Positions 28,460 through 42,844 of a stretch of DNA of 64,000 nucleotides are shown piece by piece (the first letter of the stretch is position 1; each line of letters starts with the position of its first letter). The translations under genes and the position numbers were made by a program. The stretch is taken from positions 108,748,001-108,812,000 of the forward strand of contig OX597822.1 of assembly GCA_951406725.2 (NCBI GenBank), written 5' to 3'. The DNA comes from Octopus vulgaris (Eukaryota). The notes beneath the pieces are model-generated. The model saw only the letters and a list, made by a program, of their open reading frames with translations, searched no databases and was not told the origin of the DNA.

Positions 28460-28669
28460 GTGCTGAAAATTAATTATGCCAATAATCTGATGAGATGAAC
28501 TTACAGAAATCATACTGGAGTGCAATCGCTAATAACTTTTCACTAATGAACTTATTCTTCTTCCTTGCTTTCTTCGACATCCGAACACTATGGCAACTGT
28601 TTGAAGAAACAGTTAAACACGTATGTAAATTCATATCATCAGATTATTTGCATTATTAATTTTCAGCAC
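28460..28669. repeat. Foldback/MITE-like inverted repeat (46-bp arms)
   Basis: 28460-28505 and 28624-28669 are reverse complements with 4 mismatches. Confidence 0.65.
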
Positions 28670-28671
28670 AA

Positions 28672-28990
28672 TCGGCCACAATCTGCTGCTAGAGAAAATA
28701 TCCAACGCTAGAGTCCGTGGAAAGCAGTTACGAGGCATCAAGCTTTTCCTGACAAAGAGAACTCACCATGTCGTGATTGATGGAATCCGCTCAAGATTAC
28801 CACAAGTCTGCAGTGGAGTCGCGGAGGCAACTGTAGTGGAACCACTTCTATTAATATACTCATAGCACCATAAAACCTTTTGCAGTAGACACTGTGCTTC
28901 AAGAATTCATCAAGGGTGTACATGATCGAACGAAACTTCAATCAGATCTATGCGCGGTCATCCAGTGGGCACAGAAAACAGTATGCAGGT
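28672..28990 (+). pseudogene. Decayed CR1-like RT fragment (partly repeated at 30311-30555)
   Basis: HNLLLEKISNARVRGKQLRGIKLFLTKRTHHVVIDGIRS...SGVAEATVVEPLL aligns to HNILLSKLANVGIRGKVLHWIQYFLANRTQHVVVDG...SGVPQGTVLGPLL of the 48-kb ORF. Confidence 0.8.
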
Positions 28991-31873
28991 GTTCGGGGTA
29001 AATGGTAGATGATCCATATTTGTGGGCATATTGATTGAAGCTCTTTATCAACATTCATCTAAAATTTATAGAATTCTGAGACTCTCTCACTTATGCGTAC
29101 GATTCTTATTGCAAATAGCTTAATATATGAACAAATCCATTTCTATACTGAGTACCATTAAAATACATTATTTAATAAAACACCAGTGTGCGTTTACGGT
29201 ATTTTCAATGTATCTTCTATATGAGTGTTACAAAAGCGTAAAAAAATGGACGATTTCATTAATGAATATATGAAGATAAAACATAAATATCAGAAAGAAA
29301 CTGAAAAAATTCAACGCAAGACAACAACCAGAAGGTTCATTTGCCTGATTCATATGTTGAAAACCGTGGATTTAATCTGATTAAATATTTTAACAACAGA
29401 AATGCATGAGTGTGACAAACCGGAATAACTTTCGTGGCGTTTACTGTGAAATGTGGAATTTTATCCCTTGGAAATTTTGATACGGTTCTTTGAATTTAGT
29501 AAAAGTCTATGTGAAAGTATGAATTACCAAATTTAACTATTACAGTGTAAGTTAGAAGTCAAAATCTTCCAAAACCTCCCGCTGTAAATATATTTCAACG
29601 TACATCATGAAAAGATTGAATGACTATGAATTATCAAGTATTTCTATATTATATATTCTAGTATTGTTTTTCTTTGCTTTAGAAATCAGCTAGTGAATAT
29701 ATAACGACGTAAATATTAAAATTATGGAGAACTCACCTAAATTCTGAAACTGAAAACTGAATAAATATGAATAGTTATATTTAATGTGAACTAAAGCTAT
29801 TAACATTTTAAATAGAGATTCGCATCTATTAGCATACAGAAGCTATAAATTATTTTGTTATATAGTGTTATTCATTACCATTTACTTATCCATCTGTAAG
29901 AAAGTATGCTATTGAACTTGTAAGCGTGGGATCCTAAAATAATTTATAATATCAGACACACCATTAAGTTTACATTGAATTTAGAGATCAGTCACTGTCT
30001 AGGTTTAACGTTGGTATTAACTAGCTAATGATAAATACTTCAATATCAAGAGAGTCAATTTCAGAATAAGATAAAGTGCTTCAATTATATGGTAATTGAT
30101 ATACTGGAATTTCGATCTTCATTAATTACAGTCCATAAAATTACTTCAGATAACACGGATATATATATATATACGCAATGTTACGATATTCCCTTGTTGC
30201 ATATAAGAGAAAGGCAGTGATTTACTTAGAGAAGAGTAGCAAACATACAATGATATTCCCATTGAAGATTGTTGCTAAAGCAGCATGTACACTCAAATAT
30301 ACATAGTTTACCTGACAAAGAGAACTCACCATGTCGTGATTGATGGAATCCGCCCAAGATTACCACAAGTCTGCAGTGGAGTCGCGGAGGCAACTGTAGT
30401 GGAACCACTTCTATTAATATACTCATAGCACCATAAAACCTTTTGCAGTAGACACTGTGCTTCAAGAATTCATCAAGGGTGTACATGATCGAACGAAACT
30501 TCAATCAGATCTATGCGCGGTCATCCAGTGGGCACAGAAAACAGTATGCAGGTGTACGGGGTAAATGGTAGATGATCCATATTTGTGGGCATATTGATTG
30601 AAGCTCTTTATCAACATTCATCTAAAATTTATAGAATTCTGAGACTCTCTCACTTATGCGTACGATTCTTATTGCAAATAGCTTAATATATGAACAAATC
30701 CATTTCTATACTGAGTACCATTAAAATACATTATTTAATAAAACACCAGTGTGCGTTTACGGTATTTTCAATGTATCTTCTATATGAGTGTTACAAAAGC
30801 GTAAAAAAATGGACGATTTCATTAATGAATATATGAAGATAAAACATAAATATCAGAAAGAAACTGAAAAAATTCAACGCAAAACAACAACCAGAAGGTT
30901 CATTTGCCTGATTCATATGTTGAAAACCGTGGATTTAATCTGATTAAATATTTTAACAACAGAAATGCATGAGTGTGACAAACCGGAATAACTTTCGTGG
31001 CGTTTACTGTGAAATGTGGAATTTTATCCCTTGGAAATTTTGATACGGTTCTTTGAATTTAGTAAAAGTCTATGTGAAAGTATGAATTACCAAATTTAAC
31101 TATTACAGTGTAAGTTAGAAGTCAAAATCTTCCAAAACCTCCCGCTGTAAATATATTTCAACGTACATCATGAAAAGATTGGATGACTATGAATTATCAA
31201 GTATTTCTATATTATATATTCTAGTATTGTTTTTCTTTGCTTTAGAAATCAGCTAGTGAATATATAACGACGTAAATATTAAAATTATGGAGAACTCACC
31301 TAAATTCTGAAACTGAAAACTGAATAAATATGAATAGTTATATTTAATGTGAACTAAAGCTATTAACATTTTAAATAGAGATTCGCATCTATTAGCATAC
31401 ATAAGCTATAAATTATTTTGTTATATAGTGTTATTCATTACCATTTACTTATCCATCTGTTAGAAAGTATGCTATTGAACTTGTAAGCGTGGGATCCTAA
31501 AATAATTTATAATATCAGACACACCATTAAGTTTACATTGAATTTAGAGATCAGTCACTGTCTAGGTTTAACGTTGGTATTAACTAGCTAATGATAAATA
31601 CTTCAATATCAAGAGAGTCAATTTCAGAATAAGATAAAGTGCTTCAATTATATGGTAATTGTTATACTGGAATTTCGATCTTCATTAATTACAGTCCATA
31701 AAATCACTTCAGATAACACGGATATATATATATATACGCAATGTTACGATATTCCCTTGTTGCATATAAGAGAAAGGCAGTGATTTACTTAGAGAAGAGT
31801 AGCAAACATACAATGATATTCCCATTGAAGATTGTTGCTAAAGCAGCATGTACACTCAAATATACATAGTTTA
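28748..31873 (+). repeat. 1563-bp direct tandem duplication
   Basis: 28748-30310 repeated at 30311-31873, with roughly eight substitutions seen by eye. CCT microhomology at the junctions. Confidence 0.95.
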
Positions 31874-34800
31874 CCTCTGTTACGCTGTTTATGTGCTTGC
31901 TGAAAGTTATGAACTTAATAGATATTCAAGCATTAAAGGAATTAATATCGTGATGAATGAATGCATTACAATATTTATCTACAACCTTCGATGATGTCGT
32001 ATATCTACTATATGTGTGTTTAATCAACGACGCCAGTCGTTTGCCGTTTTCCACATATAATGCATTTCATCATGGTAACTGCTGTAGATAGCAAAGTCCA
32101 ATTATGTGCAATCAGATTTTAGATGTGTTTTCAATTAGAGTGAGAAATGTTTTGAAATCTTACAACACTTGTAATGTCGATATGTTACAGTAATATGTTA
32201 TATAACTTACAATATGTTTTGACTGTAGTTTAGGCTGTCAATTTAATAATTAAACAATTAAACATTCCGTTTCATGAGCATCAAAATCCCTTACTGTTAT
32301 ACGAAATGCAAGAATGCCGATTGATAGTTCTTGCTTGGTGTTGCACAGTGTCTGAATGAAGAGTCACATTTTCACTATTATAATTCACTTTAGTAGGTAA
32401 ACATTTTTGGGGAAAAAGAGACTGATATTTCAAACGTCAAATCTTAGGGTTTTTTTTAAATATTTCCATAGACTGGAATGTTCTGACATGCATGCGTTTA
32501 CGAGAATACACATAACCATAGTGACATAGCTTTATATTGTGATAACAAGCATGTAGTTGACATTGAATTTTGAATCTCACCTGATTTCAGCTGGAACAAA
32601 TGAATGCCATTCCTTTTTAAATAAAAACAATGATTTTATATAAATTTAAGCTCGCAATTGTCTGTCACGTCATTTCAATAAAAGTATTTTAGAGCAACAC
32701 GGATATTGTGTCACATATTCTTCTGTGATGTAATTCATTTTTGTCTTTACTCGTTTAGTAAAAAACGCAATAAACTAACTAAAAGGACAATATAATATTA
32801 AAATTCAACAACGTTTCTTAATTTGAACATAAACGTTATTGTTGTAATTATTCATCCATAATTTATGACACGATGTTCTCTGTTTTGTAGACATTCTACC
32901 ACTTTCGTTTCTCCTTCCTTTAACGTGTTATTTTTTTTTTTACTGTGCTTACCCAAATTTTGTCCTGAATATGAGTCAGTAAATAGAAACTACGGGTTAT
33001 GAAAAATTTTCAAGAACATATCCAGTATTCCAAGCAATAGTTTGCTATTGGTAGTATTTTTAGTAATTGTTGCTCAGATTTCATTGAGTAAAATTTCATC
33101 TAAGCGATAACAAGTGCAAACTTTGTTTCATTGCTTACATTTCCTTACGATTAATTCAACTAGAAATCTTCGATTTAACTAGTAATTTCTGATTAAATTA
33201 ATTTTCTCAATATTTGATCGCTATTCATTTTTAGAATTAGACGATTTACTAAATGCTTAAGTGAAATTACACATTGCATATGTAGTACAAATCTCAACAA
33301 AAGACAGCATGCGCTTAACAACTCTATAATTTCAATGAAAATATATACAGATGATCAGAAATGCCTTATCAGAAATGCCTTTAGTCAAATTTTAAATTCG
33401 TCCACCGTTCAAAAGGAGCTACATTGTATATTCAAACATATTCCTGAGCTTTTATAAACTATGTTCTTAAGAATAGCATCGTGATCCTATTCAAGATGAA
33501 AGAAAGATAACTGCAAGCACGCACAAGAACAATTATGCATTATGAAACGTCACGCTGTATAATATTTACATTGTGGTTTAATGTTTACAAATTTCTATGA
33601 AAATCTTAATGGCATTTAATAATGTTTTGTGGATCTTTTATATTCACTATTTCAAAAATGTAGATACATGTGTATATAAAGAGTGTAGTCTTACAGAAAG
33701 CATGACACGGTTTATAACAGAAATTCTTTGAGAAAATGATGGATATACTTTGTGAAGAAATGCGTGAGTTAAGGTTAGATGATACAATTTAATTTTTGTC
33801 AAAAATAAATCTTTTGGCAAGAAATAAACATATTTCCATATCTTTTGTAGAGTTTTCCTTATATAAAATCGTGCCCAACTCTAGAAAGAGTTAATTATAA
33901 AATCAGAGATATGTGTATAATTTTGTGTATGAATTTGATTAAGAACGGTGCAATTGTAGGCGATGAACTGTTAGCGAAAGTTAGTTAGCTAATTATGTGA
34001 TCATTGAACAATCGATATATTCAGACATATTTAATTGAATAAATATGGCACTAGAAAAGAAACAAAACCTATCAAGTTATGAACTACTAATTATCCGATT
34101 GAGAGGTTATGACTTTCAAAAGGGAAGAATTAATTAATATTTACGTCTTTTGAACTAATTTTCTCTGAAGTAAATGTGTAATTTAAGTTTTCATCAAATA
34201 AATGAACAAACCTTCAAAGTAGATTATATATTTGGACAAGATACGCGAAAGAAAACAAATTTTCAATTCCAGCAATCACTTTTACCCTACACAAAGCTAT
34301 ATTATTAGATGGTTACTCAGAAATTACTTGCCCTTCTATTATTATTTTGGTCAGTGATATATGAAACTTCCTTTTTATTGATATTACTCTTAAATTTTAG
34401 TGAATAGCGTGAGTTGTGACGGTAGATCTTTGTTGTTTTCTGAACAATATTACTTGAAGTTATTCTACAAATTGTATCAAAGCACATGATATTATATAAA
34501 CGAATGTACTTTATATTCATTCCGTGGAGTGGCATATTGTGATATATAACTATGGATGTATAGAAATATCAGTATGTCAGTGCTTAGTATTGCTGAATGG
34601 CGTATTAGTTGATGGATACTAGGATTTCTCCACTATACACCATTGATGAGGACTAAGATTTCTACACCATATATCTTGCTATGAACCTATTTCATGGCTG
34701 GTTGGCTGGCTGCCTATTCCACAAATCATGCAATTCTCTTGCTTTAAGTGTAAACAATGAACATTCGTGCACATGCATACCATCGATGCCATATTTTCAG

Positions 34801-34958
34801 AAATGCTGACACTTGCGGTGTCGTGGTATATGTATGCCGACATTATACCAGAGATTCGTGAAGTAAACATGCCGTGAGCTAAAATTCTTGTAAGTCTCAG
34901 TTTACTACAAAGTCATCTTAATTTTATCTTGAGACTGAGCATGCAGCATATTCAAATA

Positions 34959-35170
34959 CTGGGGGTGCTGAAAAGTTCTTGGCTTTAAGAGTGTCGCGAA
35001 AGGCGTAGTTGATGCCTCTACTTTCCGAATTCTTTCACAGGTCAAAGAAAAACCGAAGTGCGCTGCAATAAGTGTATAAATGTGAGAAGGCATATGTTGA
35101 ATAAAATTAACATTAACTGATGCTCCTTTATTTTCTTTGACCCAAAGTCAGGAATTTTTCTGCAGCCAAT
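34959..35170. mobile_element. Mariner-derived MITE
   Basis: TA|CTGGGGGTGCTGAAAAGTTCTTGG ... CAGGAATTTTTCTGCAGCC TIRs. Homologous copy at 61747. Confidence 0.7.
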
Positions 35171-36919
35171 ATGCATACTATTATTGCACGATGCCGTGAC
35201 AATGTATACGATTGCACTTATAAAACACCCATAAATATAATCATTCATAGAGAGAAGGCATCCTTGAAATGTTGGTGATTGAATGACAATCACGGTTCAA
35301 ATGGAACAACATATGTGGGTTTGATTAGTGAAATAATGTGTTAAAGTTTGGGGTATAAAGAAGCCTTACCAGCGATACATAGGTAAGTAATAGCTGATGC
35401 ATTGCGTTAGTTACGCTTGCAAATTAGATGCATTATCATTGGCACCGGTAATGGGTTGATCACTCCAGTGATCATAATATGAGCGGAAACATTACAATAC
35501 TTACTGCAGATTCTGTCATTTTATTACAAGAATCCCATTCATTGCAGTTCTTGCTGTTTTCTATATCTATATGAAATGAAATACTTGCCGTTGAAGATAC
35601 CAGCCGCGGATATTCGTATTTAACCGCAATCGATTACTCGAAAATCAGCAGTGATTTTTGTTCTAAGAATCGTACATATATATCATGCACAAAGTGTAAC
35701 GGCTGCAGTCATGTCCATGTAATATTGTCTGACCGTCAATAGCACCTGTAATGTGGTCAAAATTTTTTACACCATATTTCCGAAAATGAGTGTGCCAAGT
35801 AATAACTTAGATGGCAGAGCTTCTGAATACTGGCCCAAATAAGATTTAAAGAAGAATTAGTCAGGTGTGGTTTTTTTCACAACAGCGTCCCTATAGAGCA
35901 TAATTTAAGTACAAAATTCAAAAGATATCCAAACCAAAACGTGACTGTTACATCTGAAGAATTCCTCATGAATCTCTCTCCTTCTCTCTCCCTCTCTCTA
36001 TCACTCTCTCTTTCTCTCTGTCGCTCTTCCCCTCTGTCTCTCTTTCCTTTAAATTGTAGTCTTTATTTCAGGTTAATATTTCAATAAATGATATCTTTTA
36101 AAGAGTTTGTCATTTGGGTTTACTTCTGAGACAAAATAATATCAGGTGATATTTTACATATTTTGATGGGTTTCTTTTCATTATCATTATTTCTTTTTTG
36201 AATACTTATTTTGGATCTAAAGTCCTTTACAACAGATCCCTTTATATGAACAATAAAACAGTAACTGCAAACAAATGTGACAATCAAATAGCATTGTTTT
36301 TTCTCTGCATTGTGATTACTGATTTGGGTTTTATCTTCATCATTGGCAGATACTTCATCATGCAACTATACTCAGGTATATATTTACCATTCCGAGATTC
36401 ACACGACGGAATTGAAGATTGGCAGCATTTACGGCCGGTAAATTAGAGATAGATTCAATTCCCTAACTTATCTTATAGCTCCATTCGTCTTTTTTCTTCT
36501 ATCTGTCATTATAAATATGCTCTGTTCTACAAAAATTATTCTTAATCCCATTTAAAATTGCGAGCATCTACTCTTGATGATCTCTCAAAAAACAGGAAAT
36601 TAGAGAGTTGTTTCGGCTCTCTGTGTATTTTATTTTTCAAGCTGATGTCATCAACTAGTATCCCTTACGTCAGTAACTCTTTTGTTGTATTCTTTATCTT
36701 GGGTCTGTTCTAGTCAGAAGGAGAAGAACAGAATTCACATTTTGATTGTAAATTTTGTATTGGCTTCAGTTTTTATTATAGTTTATCTACAAACTAGATA
36801 TAGGAATTGATTTCTTCTTGGATTATTTCTTCGTGGTATATTCTGAAACAAAATGAAAATTATTAAAACAATCCCCTTCAAAACATATACAGAAACGATA
36901 CAGAGCACATGCTAAGTCA

Positions 36920-38070
36920 TATAGGCCTATCTCTCTGACCTCAGAATCGGCAATGTCATGGAACAAATATTACGCAGGAAATTAATTGCATTCCTTGAAG
37001 AGTATGACTTGCTGACTGACACCCATCATGTTTTTCGACCAGGTAGGAAATGTCTGACACAGCTCTTGCAACACTACGAATGGTTGCTAAAGCGGTTGAT
37101 GAACAACTCAAATGTGGAGGTGATATACATCGACTAAGCAAAAGCTGTTCACAAATTCGACCATGGTATGACTTCTCACAAGCTCCGAAAATTTGGCATA
37201 TTTCCACGTAGTGGTGGTCAATGAGGCCACCTCCAAGAAAATAGAAATAATGGGTGGTGTTCCACAGGCTACTGTTCTGGGGGCGCTATTATTCATAGCG
37301 GTCCACCCTGACATGTCCTCAGCTGCTCAAGTACCTACCTTTGCTAGCTATGCAGACGATACAAAATTAACTCAGAGGATGCAGAATCCTGTAGACATCA
37401 CTAGACTTGGAGGGATTCCAGCCCTTGAATCAAAATCACTCCGTGACCGGGGGCGTCGACATGAGTAATGATGCATCTTTACAGGTGCACATTACTAAGT
37501 TAGCAATAAAATGTAGGCGTCTGGATGTATAGGTCTTTCGAACTTTCAAAATAAGGAAAAAGAAAACCATGATGGTCTTCTGGAGGACTTTCGTTCTAAG
37601 TCGTCTGGTCACCAAACAGTGTATAATTAACGAAAGTTCTCGAAGCGATCCAACGAATTTACACAAGTAAGATCGATACTATGCGACATGTCAACTACTG
37701 GGAGAGACTGAAGGAGTTAAGACTCTACTCCGCGGAGCGAAGGCGGGAAAGGAATACAATAAGATACATCTTAAATTTCTTAGAAAAACTAGTTGCATGA
37801 TTTAGCATTCTCACTTAAGCAAACAGCAGGATGGAGCGCTTCTGCATGGTAACAAAGTTCCCAACATTGTCATTAGGGTACAGGACCAGATACTATAACA
37901 GACTGGTCTTCAAAGGCTCCTAAATCCTTCCACAAAGCGTGAGAGCCATGTATGGCGTGGATGTACGCTTTTCAAAACAAAAATAGATCTCCTTCAGTCA
38001 TGAGTATCAGATGAACCGACGTCCAGGAAAGATACAAAGACGAGGGCAACAAAGTCAAATTCCCCAGCAT
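36920..38070 (+). pseudogene. Decayed CR1-like LINE ORF2 (RT and C-terminus)
   Basis: YRPISLTS, GVPQATVLGALLFI, SYADDTKL, YWERLKELRLYSAERRRER, with frameshifts and deletions. Confidence 0.85.
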
Positions 38071-39653
38071 GACCTCAGTCCTTGGACAGAAGCTTAAATA
38101 AGGAAACAATTATATATATATATACATATATATGATGATATGATGATGATGATGATGATGATGATGATATTGGCCAGAGGTAAACACCTCTATCGTGCAC
38201 ATGAATGTTAAGAGCTATTATTTATGTTCAATAAAATCTAAGTGAATAACTTTCAGTGTTCAAGATAGAATTTTGGCAGGCTATTTTCATCCCAGTCGAC
38301 GATGCGTTTTTCTGCGAGTATTTCATATATTTAGTAGAGGCGTCTCCCAGATATTATTGTTTTATCGGTTAAAATGTGAAATAATCCACTAAAAAGCACA
38401 TACAGACATTCAGAGTAATTGCTCTGATAATTGTTGACACTAAACTGGTTCACCTACACTATTTTCGAAAGGAAATAAAGGATTACATAGAGTAACGAAT
38501 CAAACAACAAATTATTAAGGAGTTATGAAAGAAGAAACGGAACTCGGTAGCCATTTGGAATACCATCCTTAAATTAGTACGGTTGAACTACTTACACCTA
38601 GATTTTGTGATACCGTATATTTACTAGCGAATGATACAATGTGAGAGGCTATTTGATATATTTGATATATTGCAAATGTGAGAGGCTATTTGATATGTTT
38701 TTCTGAACAACGACCATAAAGGAAGAAAACTTTCTGAAGTTTTTCGCTCAGTGCATTTCTGTTTTTACACTTTAATCACCCGTTCATGCTCACATAAATA
38801 TATATTTGAATAGGGATTACTTTTTCACAGAAAGCCATCCCTATATGTCAGAAGAAGCTAAATATATATTAGTGTATTTAAGTTCCTTTGTCAGGATGAT
38901 AAGAACTGTGAGAGAGAACACACTTTATGTCGAGAAATCTAACTTCAAGGCAGAATTAAATTGTAGACTTTTATCACTAAGAGTAAGACGTTCGAGCTAT
39001 ATTATTACTTTATTCTTTTACTAGATTCAATCAAACAACTGAGGCAGCGCTTGGGCAATAGCTACAGGGAAAGAAGAAATTGCCCAATATTGCTTCAAGT
39101 AATCGTTTCAGCCTCGTATATAATCTTATCCATTGATATTCAACGAATATTTACTTTCTTCATATGGAATGACGTGAAGTGTCTCCAACTACCGATTACA
39201 ATGAAATCAATTTTGAACCCAAAATACAAGCAGAATTTACACACATCAACATTTTTATGTTGAGCATTTTGTGATGTTTTTATCGTATATTGCATTATCA
39301 ACTTTTGGGTGTAAAATTGAACGTTGGCACATTCGTTTATTCCACGCATTCTCTATTGTAACGCTTGCGATTGCTTGTCAGAGATACGGTTGTTGGAACA
39401 GAATGTCCTCTATTGAAAAACTAGCTTTAAGAGAAGCATCAGGCATTTATTTCATACTGAGCGTCAGTGATTAATTCTCCTGGTCAATATTTTATTAAAC
39501 AGTCTTATGTCGCACCCAGGAAAAACTTTTGTGCAAAAATCGAGAAACACGTTCCGAAAGTAAATAACAATGTGCCTTTTGGATGACCTCAAACTAGTAC
39601 CACATATGCTCAACTACGTAAATACGTACGTGTATATACCTGCACACACACAC

Positions 39654-39716
<63 letters not shown>

Positions 39717-39719
39717 CAC

Positions 39720-39739
39720 ACATAGATGGTAGATAGACT

Positions 39740-39813
<74 letters not shown>

Positions 39814-39850
39814 GAGATAGGTAGATAGATAGGTAGATAGGTAGATAGAT
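39720..39850. repeat. (GATA)n microsatellite
   Basis: Direct reading. Confidence 0.95.
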
Positions 39851-39877
39851 CTCGCCTTGTTTTTTCCTGTGTCCCTT

Positions 39878-40004
39878 TCTGTAGAAGATCGTAAGCTCGA
39901 AACGTAAAAGACTTTCTATTCTTAGGCGTTATACTATTACAGCTGTTTGTTTTGTACACCACTTGTCTTCGTCTTTTGTTGTTTTTTTTTTGTAAACTCT
40001 GCCT
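39878..40004 (+). repeat. Second copy of the 26870 repeat
   Basis: Shared ...CGAAACGTAAAA.ACTTT...TTGTACACCAC...CGTCTTTTGTT. Confidence 0.55.
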
Positions 40005-40799
40005 ATATACATACATACATACATGCCGGAAGGGCGGAGCGCATACCGGATTTTGCATAAGTGTAATTGGGTCACCTTAAACATTTGTAGTAGGGCAAGC
40101 TTTAATGGAGTAGCATGGAACACGAAACCAGTTACCTTGCATTCAAAGTCATAAAAGGCTCTGCTATAGCATTGATTGATCTTATTGCATTGAGAAAATA
40201 TTACGTAGGTTTATACGTAGGTTTATACGTATGTGCTACGGAGACCCCAGTGAAAACGGCACGCTAAAATTAAATAGTTAAAAACGTACAATCGTTAAAC
40301 ATCTTAGTCAATGCATAACACTGTGTGAAAGAAATACTGATAAAATTTTGTATTTAGAAAATGCATATTTCAGTTAATAAGAAATGTAGTAACTAAATAT
40401 ACAGACAAAAATCTAATTTTAATGCAGTTATGTAAATTAATTTCCCTTGTTAGGTTTAAATATATATATCTCCAGCCTAATCGATAATATTGCATCAAAT
40501 TAGCATTTTTCGAGAACATTCTTAATTACATATAATGTGAAAATAATAACACTAAAACATAAATTTATATTCATTACAGTATATTTCCGTAGAGTAATTA
40601 TGTAATTTACTTAAAAAATATATTTACATTATATTATATTATATTAATTCCTAAAAAGAAACGTTATTACTATGATCTAATTAGATAACCAAAAATAAGG
40701 AGAAATTGAGATGTCATCGGGGTGGGGGGTGTGCTATATCAGAGTTGATTAAATACCGATATATACTCGTATATCTATATAATATTTTCTTATATTGTT

Positions 40800-40991
40800 T
40801 TATTTGTTTCACTCACTTCACTGCAGCCCACCTGGGTCTCAGTCGAAACAACGTCTAAAAGACTTTTTTTTTAATATAATTCATATCTTATCAGTTTCTT
40901 TTGTCGAGCGACGAATTTTCGGGGACCTGAGTGCACCACAACCGGTTGTCAAGCGGAAGAGGTGCACACACTGACACAAACAAACACACAG

Positions 40992-41029
<38 letters not shown>

Positions 41030-41310
41030 ATGCACACATACATATTTCTATATACATAGAATAATGTGTTTGTGTGAGTGTGTTTGTCCCCCTAGCATTG
41101 CTTGACAACCGATGCTGGTGTGTTTATGTCCCCGTCACTTAGCGATTCGGCAAAATAGACCGATATAATAAGTACTGGGCTTACAAAGAATAAGTCCCGG
41201 GGTCGATTTGCTCGATTAAAGGCGGTGCTCCAGCATGGCCGCAGTCAAATGACTGAAACAAGTAAAAAGAGAAAAAGAGTAAAGAATATATGTGTATATA
41301 CGACGGGCTT
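40800..41310. mobile_element. Nested SINE A copies: young 5'-truncated plus-strand copy (41064-41282) inside an old minus-strand copy
   Basis: Degenerate minus 3' half 40800-41040, then the plus 3' half, then TATATACGACGGGCTT resuming the minus copy. AGAATA on both sides of the insert. Confidence 0.7.
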
Positions 41311-42124
41311 AACTCCCACTAAACACCACTTGTCACAGTTTATTACCGCTCCCGTTTCCTGAATACCGTAGGAAAATTTGGGCTCCCGCTAAGTTACGAG
41401 TTAAGATGGTCATAAGCTTGACATACTTATGAAATACTTCAGATCTTATGCATTAATATTTTTGCAAGTAAAAGAGGATCGAAGACGGTGGAGGGGAGGG
41501 GAGACTTTACGAGAGTTGTGGGAAGGAGAGGCAAGTCAGAACATCAGTGCTAGTTCAAAATATTCAGTCTTCTCGATGAAGAATCCAGTGCGACCTAGAA
41601 AAGCAATATATAAAGAGTTTGGAATAGGTGTGGTAACACCACACAATTATTTATGGAAATCTGAACATATGCAAAATGTGCGCGACCTTTGTTACCTGGG
41701 TGCCCTATGATGAGCATTTTGGTAGTCAACTATTCGACAAGGCTATACGTCAGAACTATCACTCACCATACGTCTAGATAATGGTTCCACTGTCTTTTAC
41801 ATATTTTCCACATTGAAGGAACTCGGGAGAATAGTCCTTTTGAAGACGAACGGGGCTGCAACAAGAGCGTTGGATACCTTCAAAACTGGTGGACTTCCGA
41901 TAGGCCTTCACAACCTACCTTGAGCTGTACAGGTACGTTGAACTCAGAGTATACTACTTTAAAAGAGATGAGAGTTTTGTACAATTTTGTAATTAATGTC
42001 TCTCCTATAAAATATTATAAACATCTGCAACGCACCCTATATACATACAACATACATACATACCTATATATATATGTATATCTAAAAATTGTTGTTTGTC
42101 ATGATGCTGATATACGTTCCTTGT

Positions 42125-42204
42125 GTTTCCTGATGAGAAGGCGGCATAATGCACCCTTTATTCCTTCGGAATTAGGAATATGCAGTCTTCGAAACATGTG
42201 AAAT
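42125..42204 (+). ncRNA. Hammerhead motif with long stem II (probably inactivated)
   Basis: GTTTC-CTGATGA-GAAGGCGGCATA...TATGCAGTCTTC-GAAAC-AT-GT-GAAAT. Stem II pairs 11/12; the H nucleotide of the cleavage triplet appears deleted. Confidence 0.55.
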
Positions 42205-42390
42205 TTTGTTAAATCGTCGTTCGACTCCATTCTTTCATTTATTCATAGTAATAAACACACACAAATTTCCACACGAAAGCACGTGATCTCAGCCCTTGGC
42301 ATGTAGCTTCAACCACCGTGTTTTCTGACGTGAATTTGCTACCCAGGTATCGGTTAGCCGAATTATCCATACTACATTCATTCAACTACT

Positions 42391-42428
<38 letters not shown>

Positions 42429-42564
42429 TATACATATATATGTATATAGATATATATAAACATGTATGTATATGTATATATATACATATATATGTATATA
42501 CATACAAATATATATATATACATATATATATATATTTATATATATATGTACAAATATGTATATG

Positions 42565-42602
<38 letters not shown>

Positions 42603-42611
42603 CTTATATAT

Positions 42612-42664
<53 letters not shown>

Positions 42665-42844
42665 TGGTATAAAGTACTAGAAATCCTTATGGGTATAACC
42701 CACTATGGGATAGCATTTATCCAATATACTGTTGGTACAGTACCCATATAAGTATATGGCTATTTGGATATTTGTTTATTTTTTATATATATTAAATAAT
42801 ACGTGTATCATGTTTAATGTATTAATACTGATATTTTTAAAGTT

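Noticed and set aside
36198-36446. Hydrophobic ORF (IALFFLCIVITDLGFIFIIG) as a GPCR-like exon
   Set aside because: AT-rich sequence readily gives such peptides; no supporting splice context or further exons.
41400-41940. Coding-like segment upstream of the 42125 hammerhead as a Penelope endonuclease relic
   Set aside because: Could not recover GIY-YIG motifs by eye; needs a frameshift-aware search.
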